A stretch of DNA of 64,000 nucleotides, from NCBI GenBank assembly GCA_963842085.1, contig CAWJET010000002.1:480001-544000 (forward strand), written 5' to 3'. Positions within the stretch are counted from its first letter, which is position 1. Each line of letters starts with the position of its first letter. This DNA comes from an uncultured delta proteobacterium. GTDB taxonomy: Bacteria > Desulfobacterota > Binatia > Binatales > Binataceae. Position numbers and translations under genes: made by a program. Below the pieces are notes generated by a model. The model was given only the letters and a program-made list of their open reading frames with translations. It had not been told where the DNA came from and did not search any database. This document shows positions 19,592 through 30,743 of the stretch, in pieces.

Positions 19592-20341
19592 TCACTTCAT
19601 AAATAAATCGCGGAGCCATTTGATCGACGTCTGGCGTCCGACCGCGCCGATTGCCGTCGTGAGCGGAATTTCCTTGGGGCAGACCTCGACGCAGTTCTGC
19701 GCGTTGCCGCAGTCGGCCACTCCACCTTCCGACATCATCGCGTTGAGCCGCTCCTCGTGATTCATCTTGCCGGTCTGATGCTGGCTCATCAGGTACACCT
19801 GGCCGATCACCGCGGCGCCCATGAACTTCGAATGCGAGTTAACCTGCGGGCATGCCTCGAGGCAGCATCCACACGTCATGCATCGCGAGAACAGGTACGC
19901 AAACTCCTGCACGCTGGGCGCCATCCGCGGACCCGGACCCAGGTCGTAAGTCCCGTCGATCGGAATCCACGCGTGCGCCTTCTTCAGGTAGTCGAACATT
20001 CTGGATCGATCGACCCACAGATCGCGGATCACCGGGAATTTCGACATCGGCTCAACTGTCACCGGCCCATTGAGCTTGTCCGCAAGCTGCGAGCACGCCT
20101 GGCGCACGCGTCCGTTGATCACCATCGTGCAGGAGCCGCAGACTTCTTCGAGACAGTTGGCGTCGAACACGACCGGCGCGACGCGCTTGCCCTGGCGAGT
20201 GATCGGGTTGCGCCGAATCTCCATCAGCATCGAGATGATGTTGTGATGCGGCAGATACGGAATCTCGAACTCCTCATAATAGGGCTCGGAGTTCGGCGAT
20301 TCCTGGCGCTTGATTCGCAAGACTTGCGTCTGTTCCGGCAC
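19592..20341 (-). CDS. sdhB: Succinate dehydrogenase iron-sulfur subunit (Bacillus type)
   Basis: CLEEVCGSC, CMTCGCCLEACP, CGNAQNCVEVCP. Confidence 0.96.
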   Translation of the reverse strand: MPEQTQVLRIKRQESPNSEPYYEEFEIPYLPHHNIISMLMEIRRNPITRQGKRVAPVVFDANCLEEVCGSCTMVINGRVRQACSQLADKLNGPVTVEPMSKFPVIRDLWVDRSRMFDYLKKAHAWIPIDGTYDLGPGPRMAPSVQEFAYLFSRCMTCGCCLEACPQVNSHSKFMGAAVIGQVYLMSQHQTGKMNHEERLNAMMSEGGVADCGNAQNCVEVCPKEIPLTTAIGAVGRQTSIKWLRDLFMK

Positions 20342-20358
20342 TGGGATGCTCCTGCGGG

Positions 20359-22116
20359 CTAGGCCGCCTTCGGCTCGCTGGCAGACTTATCGACGTCGTA
20401 GCGTCGCGGCCGCGGCTTGATAAGGCTCACGTCAACCGGCTCCCAGCTGAAACGCGGGCCGTCCGACGACCACGCCGCCATCGTGGTCTTCAGGAATTTC
20501 TCATCGTCGCGGTCAGGAAAATCGGGCTTGTAATGCGCGCCGCGCGATTCATTGCGATTGAGCGCGCCGAGGGTGATTGGCCGCGCCAGCTCGAGCATGT
20601 TCCATAGCTGGCGCACGAACAGCACTTCCTGGTTCGCCCACCTGCCCTTGTCGTTGAGCCCGATCCGGCCCCATCGATCCTTGAACTCGATTAGTTTGTC
20701 GTCGGTCTTTTTGAGCTTGTCGTTGTGGCGCACGACGGTGACGTTCTCGGTCATGATCTCGCCGAGCTCGCGCCACAACCCAAACGCATTCTCCGAACCG
20801 TTCATCTTGAAGATCTTGTCGAACGATTCGCGCTGCAGCTTCAGCTCCTGATCGAAAATCTGCGAACTGGCTGCGCTCTTGTGCGACTTGGCGTAGCCGA
20901 TCATCGCCGGCTCGGCGATATTTCCGCCATGCACGCACGACAGCAGCGAGTTGGCGCCGAGCCGGTTGGCGCCGTGATATTGGAACTCGCACTCGCCCGC
21001 CGCGAACAGTCCCGGCACGTTGGTCTGCTGATGGTAATCGACCCACAGGCCGCCCATCGAGTAGTGCATCGCGGGGAAAATCTTCATCGGGACCTTGCGC
21101 GGATCCTGGCCGGCAAACTTCTCGTAGATTTCGAGCACGCCCGCGACCTTGCGATTGAGTTCCTCGGGATCGAGATGGCTCACGTCGAGGTAAACCAGCG
21201 GGTTGCCGTCGATGCCAAGCTTCATCTCGAACACGACCTTGTGAATCGCGCGCGTCGCGATGTCGCGCGGCACCAGGTTGCCGTACGCCGGATACATCTC
21301 TTCGAGGAAGTACCACGGCTTGCCGTCGCGGTAGGTCCACACGCGGCCGCCCTCGCCGCGGATGGATTCCGAGATGAGGCGAAATTTGTCCTCACCTTGC
21401 ATCGCGGTGGGATGCACCTGGATGAACTCGCCGTTGGCATAGGTCGCGCCGGCCTGATAGCAGGCGCTGGTTGCCGATCCCGTATTCGCCAGCGACTGCG
21501 TCGAGCGGCCGTAGATGAGGCCCGGGCCGCCGGTCGCTATCAGCGTCGTGTCGGCGGGAAATGCGCGCATCTCGAGCGAGCGCGTGTCGATCGCGACGAT
21601 GCCGCGGCAGTCGCCCGATTCGTCCTGCACGAGGCTCAGCATCTCCCAGCCTTCGAACTTGCGCACGAGCCCGGCCGCCTCGTAGCGGCGAACTTGCTCG
21701 TCCAGTGCGTACAGGAGCTGCTGCCCGGTGGTGGCGCCCGCGAATGCGGTGCGGTGATGCTTGGTGCCGCCGAACCGGCGAAAGTCGAGCAGGCCTTCGG
21801 GCGTGCGATTGAACATCACGCCCATCCGGTCGAACAGGTAGATGATCGCCGGCGCCGCCTCGCACATCGCCTTGACCGGCGGCTGATGCGCCAGAAAGTC
21901 GCCGCCGTAAATCGTGTCGTCAAAGTGAATCATCGGCGAGTCGCCCTCGCCTTTCGTATTGACCGCGCCGTTGATTCCGCCCTGCGCGCACACCGAATGC
22001 GACCGCTTGACGGGCACGATCGAGAACAGATCGACTTGCTCGCCCTGCTCCGCCAGCTTCATCGCCGCGGTCAAACCAGCCAGCCCGCCGCCTACGATTA
22101 TGTGATGCCCTGGCAT
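20359..22116 (-). CDS. sdhA: Succinate dehydrogenase flavoprotein subunit
   Basis: GGGLAG, RSHSVCAQGGING, HYSMGG, HGANRLGANSL, ESRGAH. Confidence 0.97.
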   Translation of the reverse strand: MPGHHIIVGGGLAGLTAAMKLAEQGEQVDLFSIVPVKRSHSVCAQGGINGAVNTKGEGDSPMIHFDDTIYGGDFLAHQPPVKAMCEAAPAIIYLFDRMGVMFNRTPEGLLDFRRFGGTKHHRTAFAGATTGQQLLYALDEQVRRYEAAGLVRKFEGWEMLSLVQDESGDCRGIVAIDTRSLEMRAFPADTTLIATGGPGLIYGRSTQSLANTGSATSACYQAGATYANGEFIQVHPTAMQGEDKFRLISESIRGEGGRVWTYRDGKPWYFLEEMYPAYGNLVPRDIATRAIHKVVFEMKLGIDGNPLVYLDVSHLDPEELNRKVAGVLEIYEKFAGQDPRKVPMKIFPAMHYSMGGLWVDYHQQTNVPGLFAAGECEFQYHGANRLGANSLLSCVHGGNIAEPAMIGYAKSHKSAASSQIFDQELKLQRESFDKIFKMNGSENAFGLWRELGEIMTENVTVVRHNDKLKKTDDKLIEFKDRWGRIGLNDKGRWANQEVLFVRQLWNMLELARPITLGALNRNESRGAHYKPDFPDRDDEKFLKTTMAAWSSDGPRFSWEPVDVSLIKPRPRRYDVDKSASEPKAA

Positions 22117-22128
22117 TGGTTGTTCTCC

Positions 22129-22791
22129 TCAGGCGGGTGCGCGAAATGCGATCAGAATCGAGACGCTGACGATAGCCAGCACGACGAACAGCGCAACGCA
22201 CGCGCGGTTCACCAGCGTTTGCGCCCTGGCGCCGACCGCAATTCCCCAGGTGATCGTGAATGTGAAAATGCCGTTGGTGAGGTGATAGACGCACGCCAGC
22301 GTGCCGACGATATAGGTGGTGAGAATCAGCGGATTCATCATGAAGGCATGCATCCGCGCATAATCCGTCTCGACGCCCGTGGCGTAAAAGTACGCGCGCG
22401 TCGAAAGGACGTGAAAGCCGATAAACAAGAACGCGAGTATCCCCGTGATGCGCTGCAAGGTGTACTGGTAGTTGCGCTCGTAGGGGTAATCGTTGGGCTG
22501 CGCGGTGGCCGTGATGACCAAGCCGTAAATCGCGTGGTAGAGAATCGGAATCCACAGCACCAAGGCTTCGACCGCGATCTGAAACGGAATGTTGCGCGTG
22601 AACTCCGTTTCCTTCCACCACATCGCGCCGCCCTTCAGCACGAAGGCGTTTTCGAACAGATGGAAAAATAGAAATCCGCCGATCGGAATGATCCCCGACA
22701 GCGAGTGCAATCTGCGCAGCAGCCAGTGCCGCTCGTCCGCCGTCATCCCGGCCGCAATCGCGGGCGCCGCAACTGCTTCTGCTTCAGCCAT
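22129..22791 (-). CDS. sdhC: Succinate dehydrogenase cytochrome b558 subunit
   Basis: RRLHSLSG, YHAIYG, LQRITG, FHV, YHLTNG; five TM segments; precedes sdhA. Confidence 0.93.
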   Translation of the reverse strand: MAEAEAVAAPAIAAGMTADERHWLLRRLHSLSGIIPIGGFLFFHLFENAFVLKGGAMWWKETEFTRNIPFQIAVEALVLWIPILYHAIYGLVITATAQPNDYPYERNYQYTLQRITGILAFLFIGFHVLSTRAYFYATGVETDYARMHAFMMNPLILTTYIVGTLACVYHLTNGIFTFTITWGIAVGARAQTLVNRACVALFVVLAIVSVSILIAFRAPA

Positions 22792-22814
22792 AAGCCTTTC
22801 CTGAATCGCGCGTT

Positions 22815-23759
22815 CTAGTTTCCGGCCGCGATTACTTTGTCCATCGCCTCGACCAGTTCGCGCACGTGCGCCACCGAACTGTCGAAGGCGGTCTTTTCGG
22901 CGGCGGTGAGCTGGATTTCGACGACCCGCTCGACACCGCCCGCGCCAATCACGACCGGTACTCCCGCAAAGAGTCCCTTCACGCCGTATTCACCGTCAAG
23001 GTACGCAGCGCCCGGCAGCACCTGTTTTCGATCGAGCATGTATGCCTCGACCATTTTGTAAACCGCGGTTCCCGCCGCGTAGTACGACGACGTCTTCATC
23101 AGCTCGACGATCTCGCCGCCGCCGGTGCGCGTGCGCTTCTCGATTTCCTCCAGCCGCTTCGCCGCGATCAGCCGTTCGATCGGCTGGCCGCCGACCGTCG
23201 TGTAGCTGCGAATCGGCACCATGTCGTCGCCATGCCCGCCCAGCACCATCGCGGAAACACTCTCGACCGACACGCCGAGCTCCGACGCCAGAAAGGTGCG
23301 ATAGCGCGCGGAGTCGAGCACGCCAGCCTGCCCAACAATGCGACCTTTCGCGAAACCGGTCACGCGCTTGAGCTGCGTAACCATCGCGTCGAGCGGATTG
23401 GTCACCGCGATCACGAAAGCGCCGGGCGCGTGCTGCTTGATCGCGGTGCCGACGTCGGTCATCACCTTGGCGTTTATCTTGAGCAGGTCGTCGCGGCTCA
23501 TGCCGGGTTTGCGCGGCGAGCCCGACGTGACGACGCAGCAATCGGCACCCTCGATCAGCTTGATGTCGGTGCCGCCCGATACGTTGAGGTCGAGGCCAAG
23601 CACGGGCGCGGACTCCAGCATGTCCAGCGCCTTGCCCTGCGGCAGTCCTTCGATGATGTCGTAAAGCACGACATCGCCGAGCCCGCGCAGGAAGCACAGA
23701 TGGGCGCAGGTTGCGCCGACATTACCAGCCCCGATGAATGCGATTTTCTTCCGAGCCAC
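22815..23759 (-). CDS. mdh: Malate dehydrogenase (LDH-like)
   Basis: IGAGNVG, PRKPGMSRDDL, NPLDAM, GGHGDDMVP. Confidence 0.96.
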   Translation of the reverse strand: MARKKIAFIGAGNVGATCAHLCFLRGLGDVVLYDIIEGLPQGKALDMLESAPVLGLDLNVSGGTDIKLIEGADCCVVTSGSPRKPGMSRDDLLKINAKVMTDVGTAIKQHAPGAFVIAVTNPLDAMVTQLKRVTGFAKGRIVGQAGVLDSARYRTFLASELGVSVESVSAMVLGGHGDDMVPIRSYTTVGGQPIERLIAAKRLEEIEKRTRTGGGEIVELMKTSSYYAAGTAVYKMVEAYMLDRKQVLPGAAYLDGEYGVKGLFAGVPVVIGAGGVERVVEIQLTAAEKTAFDSSVAHVRELVEAMDKVIAAGN

Positions 23760-23969
23760 GCTTTGCTCCCAGCTCCCGGTCGTTGTCTGCCTGAAGCCTA
23801 CCTTATATTCGTGTTTCTGTTAATGAGCAATGCTTAAGTATGTCGGCGCGCCCGGCGCCGCCCGTCCTCGCACCTATCATGCAGCCAAACGTGCGATAGA
23901 TAGCAGCGTTGGCTGGCGTTGTGAAGCAATCGAACCGTGCCGCAGATGATTTTTGGGGTCGCGCCGTCC

Positions 23970-25244
23970 TCAAGCGTGGCGGAGCCATCGCCCGACTTCG
24001 CGCAGCGTCGGCCGCTTGCCGTACATCAGAATTCCGGTCCGGTAGATTCGTGCGCTGACGAACATAGCCGCGCCAATCGTCGCGACCAGCAAAACAAAAG
24101 ACAGCGCGACTTGCCAGACCGGCGGCTGGTGGACCGCCAGGCGCTCGAACATCAGGATCGGCGAGCAGAACGGAAACAGCGAAGCCGCCACCGAGATTGG
24201 CGCATCCGACGATGCCGCCACCGGCAGAATCATTGCCGACGCTGCAATCAGCGGCAGGATCACCACGAAGTTCCACTGCTGCGCCTCGTCAACCGAATTG
24301 AAGATCGCGCCGACGCTGGCGAAGATGGTGCTGTATAGCAGGTAGCCCAGGATGTAGAAGGCGACGAAATAGACAAGCACCGACGGACCCACGTCTAACA
24401 TCGTCATCGCGCTGCGCAGGTACATGCTGCGCGACGCACCATACGCCGCCATCGCAAACCAGACTGCGATCTGTGTCAGGCCGACGCTGCCGGTGCCGAC
24501 AATCTTGGCGATCATCAGTTCCTGCGCGCTCGCCGCACACAACAGGACCTCGGTGACGCGTGAGTTTTTCTCGTCCAGGACCGACCGCATCACCATCACA
24601 CCGTACGACAGCAGCGAAAAAAGCATCACGAACAGGAAAATGAACACGACCACGGCGCCGCGGACCGCGTTGAACACCGCCGAGGTATTACCTGCGCGGA
24701 CCGTGGTGAGATCGACCGGCGCCAGCGTCGCGGCCACGTCGCCGGCGCTGCTGCCCCGCTTCACCATGCGCTGCGCGGCAAACGCGTAAGACAACGCGTC
24801 GTCGAGCCGGCCTTGAAGAATGAAATCGCCCATCCGGCGCGTCGTGAAGACGACGTGGCGCGAAGCGAATGCCGGGCCGTCGAGCCACACATAACCCTCG
24901 AGCGCGCTGTCGTTGAGCTTCTTGTCGAGTTGCTCGTGCTCGGCCGGCGTGGCGGGCGAAACGACTGAAGCCTCGTAGCGCGTGCCATTACGGCGCATCA
25001 ATTCGCCGCGCACAAGTTCGGCCAGAGCGCGATCGTCGGAGGCGATCACGACTCGCGCCGGGCGCTCGCTGTCGCGCATGATGCCCTGGGCCGTCGAGCT
25101 GCTGATCAGCGTGGGCAGGATCAGAAATAACCCCATCAACAGCGGCGTCGCGAACGTCGAGAGAATAAACGAACGCGTTCTGACCCGTTCGAGATATTCC
25201 CGTGTCGCGATGATCCAGACTTTGTGAAGCGAGAACTCAGTCAT
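23970..25244 (-). CDS. ABC-2 type transporter permease (NatB/YhaP-like)
   Basis: REYLERVRTRSF, EKNSRVTEVLL, RIYRTGILMYG; multiple TM segments; start may be 25265. Confidence 0.88.
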   Translation of the reverse strand: MTEFSLHKVWIIATREYLERVRTRSFILSTFATPLLMGLFLILPTLISSSTAQGIMRDSERPARVVIASDDRALAELVRGELMRRNGTRYEASVVSPATPAEHEQLDKKLNDSALEGYVWLDGPAFASRHVVFTTRRMGDFILQGRLDDALSYAFAAQRMVKRGSSAGDVAATLAPVDLTTVRAGNTSAVFNAVRGAVVVFIFLFVMLFSLLSYGVMVMRSVLDEKNSRVTEVLLCAASAQELMIAKIVGTGSVGLTQIAVWFAMAAYGASRSMYLRSAMTMLDVGPSVLVYFVAFYILGYLLYSTIFASVGAIFNSVDEAQQWNFVVILPLIAASAMILPVAASSDAPISVAASLFPFCSPILMFERLAVHQPPVWQVALSFVLLVATIGAAMFVSARIYRTGILMYGKRPTLREVGRWLRHA

Positions 25245-26142
25245 CGCGGTTGGCGACGCGCTCAATGAAGATCTGCTCGAGTGACGGGTCCATCACCTGG
25301 AATCGGATGACGCGCAACCCGCGCATCGCGGTCCGGAGCAGTTCCTGGGTGTCGGCGCCTGGCTTGAGGCGCAGTTCGACGTGATTGCCGTAGTCATTCA
25401 ACGAATCGATGAGCGGATTGCCGGCCAGGCACGCACCGTCGCCTTCGTAATCGATTTGCACGAAGCGCCGGCCGTTGCTGGCTTTGACTTCGCTCAGGCT
25501 GCCTTGCAGCACCGCCTTGCCGCGATTGATCAGGCAGATCGAGTCGCAGAGCTTTTCCACCTGGTCCATCCGATGGGTCGAGAACAGGATCGACTTTCCC
25601 GCCGCGCGCAGACCGACCAGTACGTCCTTGAGCTGCATCGTGTTGACCGGATCGAGGCCGGCGAACGGCTCGTCCATCACGATCAGGTCGGGATCGTGCA
25701 ACAGCGCTGCGATGAACTGGATCTTCTGCTGCATCCCTTTCGACAACTCCTCGACGCGGCGGTCGACCCAGTCCGCAATCTCGAGACGTTTCGTCCATGC
25801 GTCGATTCGTTGCTTCGCCGCGGCGACCGATAGCCCCGCCAGCCGTCCGAGAAAAACCAGATTGGCGCCCACGCTCATCCGGCGGTATAGCCCACGCTCC
25901 TCCGGCAGATAGCCGACCCGGCGCAGCGCGCGGCGGCGCAGCGGCTCGCCAAAGAGCCGCACGATGCCCGCATCGGGCCAGGTGATGCCGATCATCATGC
26001 GGATGGTGCTGGTCTTGCCGGCGCCGTTGGGTCCGAGCAAGCCAAAGATGTGCGCTGGCGGTATCGAGAACGAGAGGCCGTCAACGGCCGCGTAGCCGCT
26101 GTACGATTTTCGGACTCCGAGCAGTTCTACCGTCGGCGTCAC
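25237..26142 (-). CDS. ABC transporter ATP-binding protein (YhaQ-like)
   Basis: GPNGAGKT, LSKGMQQK, MDEPFAGLDP, STH. Confidence 0.94.
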   Translation of the reverse strand: MTPTVELLGVRKSYSGYAAVDGLSFSIPPAHIFGLLGPNGAGKTSTIRMMIGITWPDAGIVRLFGEPLRRRALRRVGYLPEERGLYRRMSVGANLVFLGRLAGLSVAAAKQRIDAWTKRLEIADWVDRRVEELSKGMQQKIQFIAALLHDPDLIVMDEPFAGLDPVNTMQLKDVLVGLRAAGKSILFSTHRMDQVEKLCDSICLINRGKAVLQGSLSEVKASNGRRFVQIDYEGDGACLAGNPLIDSLNDYGNHVELRLKPGADTQELLRTAMRGLRVIRFQVMDPSLEQIFIERVANRDD

Positions 26143-26148
26143 CGCAGG

Positions 26149-26949
26149 CTAGTGCGCCCACACGAGTTGCGGGTTGGTCTCCCATGGATAGACGTGAACC
26201 ATCCAGCCAAACACCTGCGGGAAGAAGCGGCCGCCGGCTGCGTCGCAGGCTTCCTTGGTCGCGATCGAGCCGTTGAAGCCGAACTTGGTCCAGTCGGCAG
26301 TCTTGATGTCGGTGCCTTTGGGCGGGAAGCACAGGTTGATGTGCCGATGCCATCGCGCGACGCTCAGCGGGACGCGCTCGTCGAGCTGATCCTCGGTGGC
26401 GCCCTTGTGGTCAGTGTACATCGCGCCGATAAGCTTGTAGCCGCCGTCCTCTGTGCGCTGGTAGAGCAGCGAGGTCGGCTCGGTCGGGTTGAACTCGAAC
26501 GCGGCTTTGAGGGCGTACCAGTACCTGGTGAAATGCACCACCCTTTGTTTGAATTCGGGACGAAACGGCTTGAAGCCGTCGGCCTCGGCAACGCGATAGT
26601 CCTTGTACTTGGCGAGCGCATGCTGAAGATCGGTCACCAGGACGGCAGCGCGCGCTTTGTCGGTGGCGCTCGGGGGACGCAGGTCGGTGTACGCCATGTG
26701 CAGCGACATATTTTTCATGTCGCCGTTGGCCATGTGCATGTCGTGCTCCATTTCCGGTCCGTCTGACATGGACTCCATCTCGCCCTCTTTCATGTTCCCG
26801 GGATCGGGCTGCCCAGTGCCCGACATCTGCGACATTCCATGCCCGCCCATGTCCATGCCCTTAATGCCCTGTGCAAGGGCGGGAGCTGACATCGCAAGGG
26901 TTAGCGCGAGCACGGCGGCGACTATAGCAGCCGCAATTCGTAGCAGCAT
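26149..26949 (-). CDS. Exported hypothetical protein with Met/His-rich N-terminal region
   Basis: Signal peptide ending ALA-Q; Met/His-rich stretch; C-terminal domain with VHFT, WHRH and WMVHVYP; 6 bp from the ABC ATPase start. Confidence 0.8.
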   Translation of the reverse strand: MLLRIAAAIVAAVLALTLAMSAPALAQGIKGMDMGGHGMSQMSGTGQPDPGNMKEGEMESMSDGPEMEHDMHMANGDMKNMSLHMAYTDLRPPSATDKARAAVLVTDLQHALAKYKDYRVAEADGFKPFRPEFKQRVVHFTRYWYALKAAFEFNPTEPTSLLYQRTEDGGYKLIGAMYTDHKGATEDQLDERVPLSVARWHRHINLCFPPKGTDIKTADWTKFGFNGSIATKEACDAAGGRFFPQVFGWMVHVYPWETNPQLVWAH

Positions 26950-27207
26950 TGCCTGTTTTCTCCGCGAATGAGTCTATGCTGCGGACCGAGTGCAGCCAAT
27001 GAGCGAACATTCAGGCCGCATCTGCTCAAAAACCGGTCGTCCTGACTGTGGGTCCGATCATTTTGAGGCAAGTCAGAATTCGCGTTCTGGCGGGAACCAG
27101 GTTCCCAGTCGAGATGTCCATTTTTTAGAGTTCTACAATTAGTTTCGTGTTCTGGTTCGTGGTAGTCTCAGGCGATAGGCGCGGATCGCGCTCGTCGGAG
27201 GGGGAGT

Positions 27208-27897
27208 ATGTTGAGTGGGGAGCGGTATTCGGTGCAACGCCCGATACCGAAGTTTGGTCTGTCGGCGGCATTCGCCGCGATGCTTGCCGGGGCGCTGGCG
27301 GTCGGCACCTCCGGATGCGCCGTGCTGCCGTTCCTTTCAGTCATTCCGTCGGTAATCAGCTTTGCGTACAACGCTTCCACTAAGAAGAGTGATAGCGATA
27401 CCGATACGGCAGCGAAAGATCAGGACGCCGAGACGTCCACTGCGGAGACCGACACCGACTCGAACAAGCCGCCGCCCAAGCTAACCTCCGAAAATGTCTG
27501 CCACCTGCTCGCGCTGGCGCGGCCCGACCTGATGGTGGTTGAGTTGCGCAAGAACACGTCGGGCGCTCCCGAGTACCGCGAACTGCGTCTGCAGCCTGGC
27601 TCCACGGACGGCGCGCGCTGGAATCCGGTGGTCGACAACGATACCGGGCCGAACGGATGGCGTCCGGCGGTGAACTTTCTCAAGATGGGGTTCAACCCCC
27701 CGCTGAGCGATGTAATTCCCGACAACGGGACCTGCTACCTTGCGTATGCTCCAGTTTCTGCGGGGCCAGACGGTCTCAATCAGGTTGCGGAATTCAAGTC
27801 TGATTCTGGAGATGCGGCGGGAGCCTTCTCGTGGGACGGACGAGCCTATCAATACAAGGTGGCGCGCACCCTGCCCTGCCTTTCTCCGTCCTCCTAG
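27208..27897 (+). CDS. Hypothetical lipoprotein
   Basis: GGAGGGGG RBS, hydrophobic leader ending TSG-C, acidic low-complexity linker. Confidence 0.7.
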   Translation: MLSGERYSVQRPIPKFGLSAAFAAMLAGALAVGTSGCAVLPFLSVIPSVISFAYNASTKKSDSDTDTAAKDQDAETSTAETDTDSNKPPPKLTSENVCHLLALARPDLMVVELRKNTSGAPEYRELRLQPGSTDGARWNPVVDNDTGPNGWRPAVNFLKMGFNPPLSDVIPDNGTCYLAYAPVSAGPDGLNQVAEFKSDSGDAAGAFSWDGRAYQYKVARTLPCLSPSS

Positions 27898-27911
27898 CGC
27901 CCCGCTAGAAC

Positions 27912-29159
<1,248 letters not shown>

Positions 29160-29363
29160 CGGTGTCGCAATTCGCCTCTTGTTTGAATGATAGAGCGCAG
29201 ACGCGACGCGCGTTTCGATGTTTCACGGCGTCCCGCAGCACTCAGCGTATGCGGTTATCATATAGCAAAGAATTCGTGACGCCAGTATCGACGATCGCGT
29301 TTCGTTAACGCGAATCCGCCGATCGCGCTATACTCGCGCCGATAAATCGCAGCGGAGCAACCG

Positions 29364-30578
29364 ATGGATTTTACCTACACGCCGGAACAGGAAAAATTCC
29401 GCGCTGAAATCGCGGGGTGGCTCGAGAAGAACTCCGCCGAAGCTTTCGGGCGCAAGGGCGAAGGTCTCGGCGGCTCGACTGCCAGCCTGCTCGACGTTCG
29501 CGACGACGGACGCTGGAATCAGCTCCTCGACTACCATCGCCGGCTCTACAAGGCCGGTTACGTCGCGCTGCATTGGCCCAAGGAATGGGGCGGCGGCGGC
29601 GCGAGCATGATCAAACAGGCAATCTACCAGGACGAAGTGCTGCGGCTCGGGCTGCCCCTCTACGGCGCCAACCAGCTCGCGATCGATCGAATCGGCCCGA
29701 CCGTCATGCACCTCGGCACCGAGCAGCAGAAAAAGCGCTACCTGCTCAAGATGCTGACCGGCGAGGAAATCTGGTGCCAAGGTTATTCGGAACCCGGCGC
29801 GGGCTCCGACCTGGCGGGCCTGCAGACGCGCGCGGTGCTCGACGGCGACACCTTCGTGATCAACGGGCAGAAAGTGTGGACCAGTCTCGCGCATCGCGCG
29901 GACTGGCAGGTGCTGCTCGTGCGCACCGACCCGGCGGCGCCCAAGCATAAGGGGATTTCGTACCTGCTCGTCGATATGCACAGCCCTGGAATCACGGTGC
30001 GTCCGCTCGTCCAGATCACCGGCGACGCCGGCTTCAACGAGGTCTTTTACGACAACGTGCGCGTGCCCAAGGAAAACCTGGTCGGCGAGCTGAACGCCGG
30101 ATGGCAGGTGTCGATCGCAACGCTCATGTACGAGCGCGTCTCCGGCGGCACGCGGCATCCGGTGGAACGGACAATCGGCGAGCTAATCGAGCTCGCGAAG
30201 AAAGTGGATTTCGACGGCGGACCAGCGTGGAAGCATCCGTATGTGCGGCAGAAGCTCGCGCAGTTCGCGACCGAGGCGCGATGCCTGCGCCTGTCGCGTT
30301 ACCGCTCGCTGTCGGCACAGCTCAAGGGCAAGGTGCCGGGCGCGGAAAGTTCATTCGGCAAGCTGTTCGCCACCGAGCTGAACCTGCGCGTGGCGATGTT
30401 CGCCGACGAGATGCTTGGCGCGTTCGCCAACGTCGAAGGCGGCAGCGTCGGTGCGGTCGAAGGCGGCCGCTGGATGCATCGGACGCTCGCGGCGCGCGGG
30501 CTCACGATCGCGGCGGGCTCGAGCGAAATTCAGCACAACATCATCGGCGAGCGGGTCCTCAAGCTGCCCAAGGGTTAG
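29364..30578 (+). CDS. Acyl-CoA dehydrogenase family protein
   Basis: WCQGYSEPGAGSDLA, INGQKVWTS, FNEVFYDNVRVP, TIAAGSSEIQHNIIGER. Confidence 0.94.
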   Translation: MDFTYTPEQEKFRAEIAGWLEKNSAEAFGRKGEGLGGSTASLLDVRDDGRWNQLLDYHRRLYKAGYVALHWPKEWGGGGASMIKQAIYQDEVLRLGLPLYGANQLAIDRIGPTVMHLGTEQQKKRYLLKMLTGEEIWCQGYSEPGAGSDLAGLQTRAVLDGDTFVINGQKVWTSLAHRADWQVLLVRTDPAAPKHKGISYLLVDMHSPGITVRPLVQITGDAGFNEVFYDNVRVPKENLVGELNAGWQVSIATLMYERVSGGTRHPVERTIGELIELAKKVDFDGGPAWKHPYVRQKLAQFATEARCLRLSRYRSLSAQLKGKVPGAESSFGKLFATELNLRVAMFADEMLGAFANVEGGSVGAVEGGRWMHRTLAARGLTIAAGSSEIQHNIIGERVLKLPKG

Positions 30579-30599
30579 AACCGAAGAACTTTATCTCAT

Positions 30600-30653
30600 G
30601 TGAAACCCGCCGTGGTTTCACGCTTCCTCGGGCAGGGGTGACCCCTGCACCCA
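30600..30653. repeat. Palindromic REP-like unit (GGGCAGGGG-n-CCCCTGCACCCA), copy 1
   Basis: gtgaaacc...ggtttcac hairpin followed by gggcaggggtgacccctgcaccca; related copy near 36783. Confidence 0.55.
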
Positions 30654-30706
30654 ATGATAGGCGCGAAATGTTGAGGACAACCTTTCGCTCTCAGGTTCTG
30701 TCCGTG

Positions 30707-30734
30707 TGTCATTCTAGAGCGAAGCGAAGAATCC
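30707..30734. repeat. REP-like repeat half (TGTCATTCT-GAGCGAAGCGAAGAATC)
   Basis: Near-identical to the copy at 57195; related to 38081-38162 and 63661-63948. Confidence 0.7.
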
Positions 30735-30743
30735 CGGACCTGT

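Noticed and set aside
26950-27207. Lower-GC intergenic region as possible ncRNA or riboswitch
   Set aside because: No recognisable conserved motif; adequately explained as a divergent promoter region.
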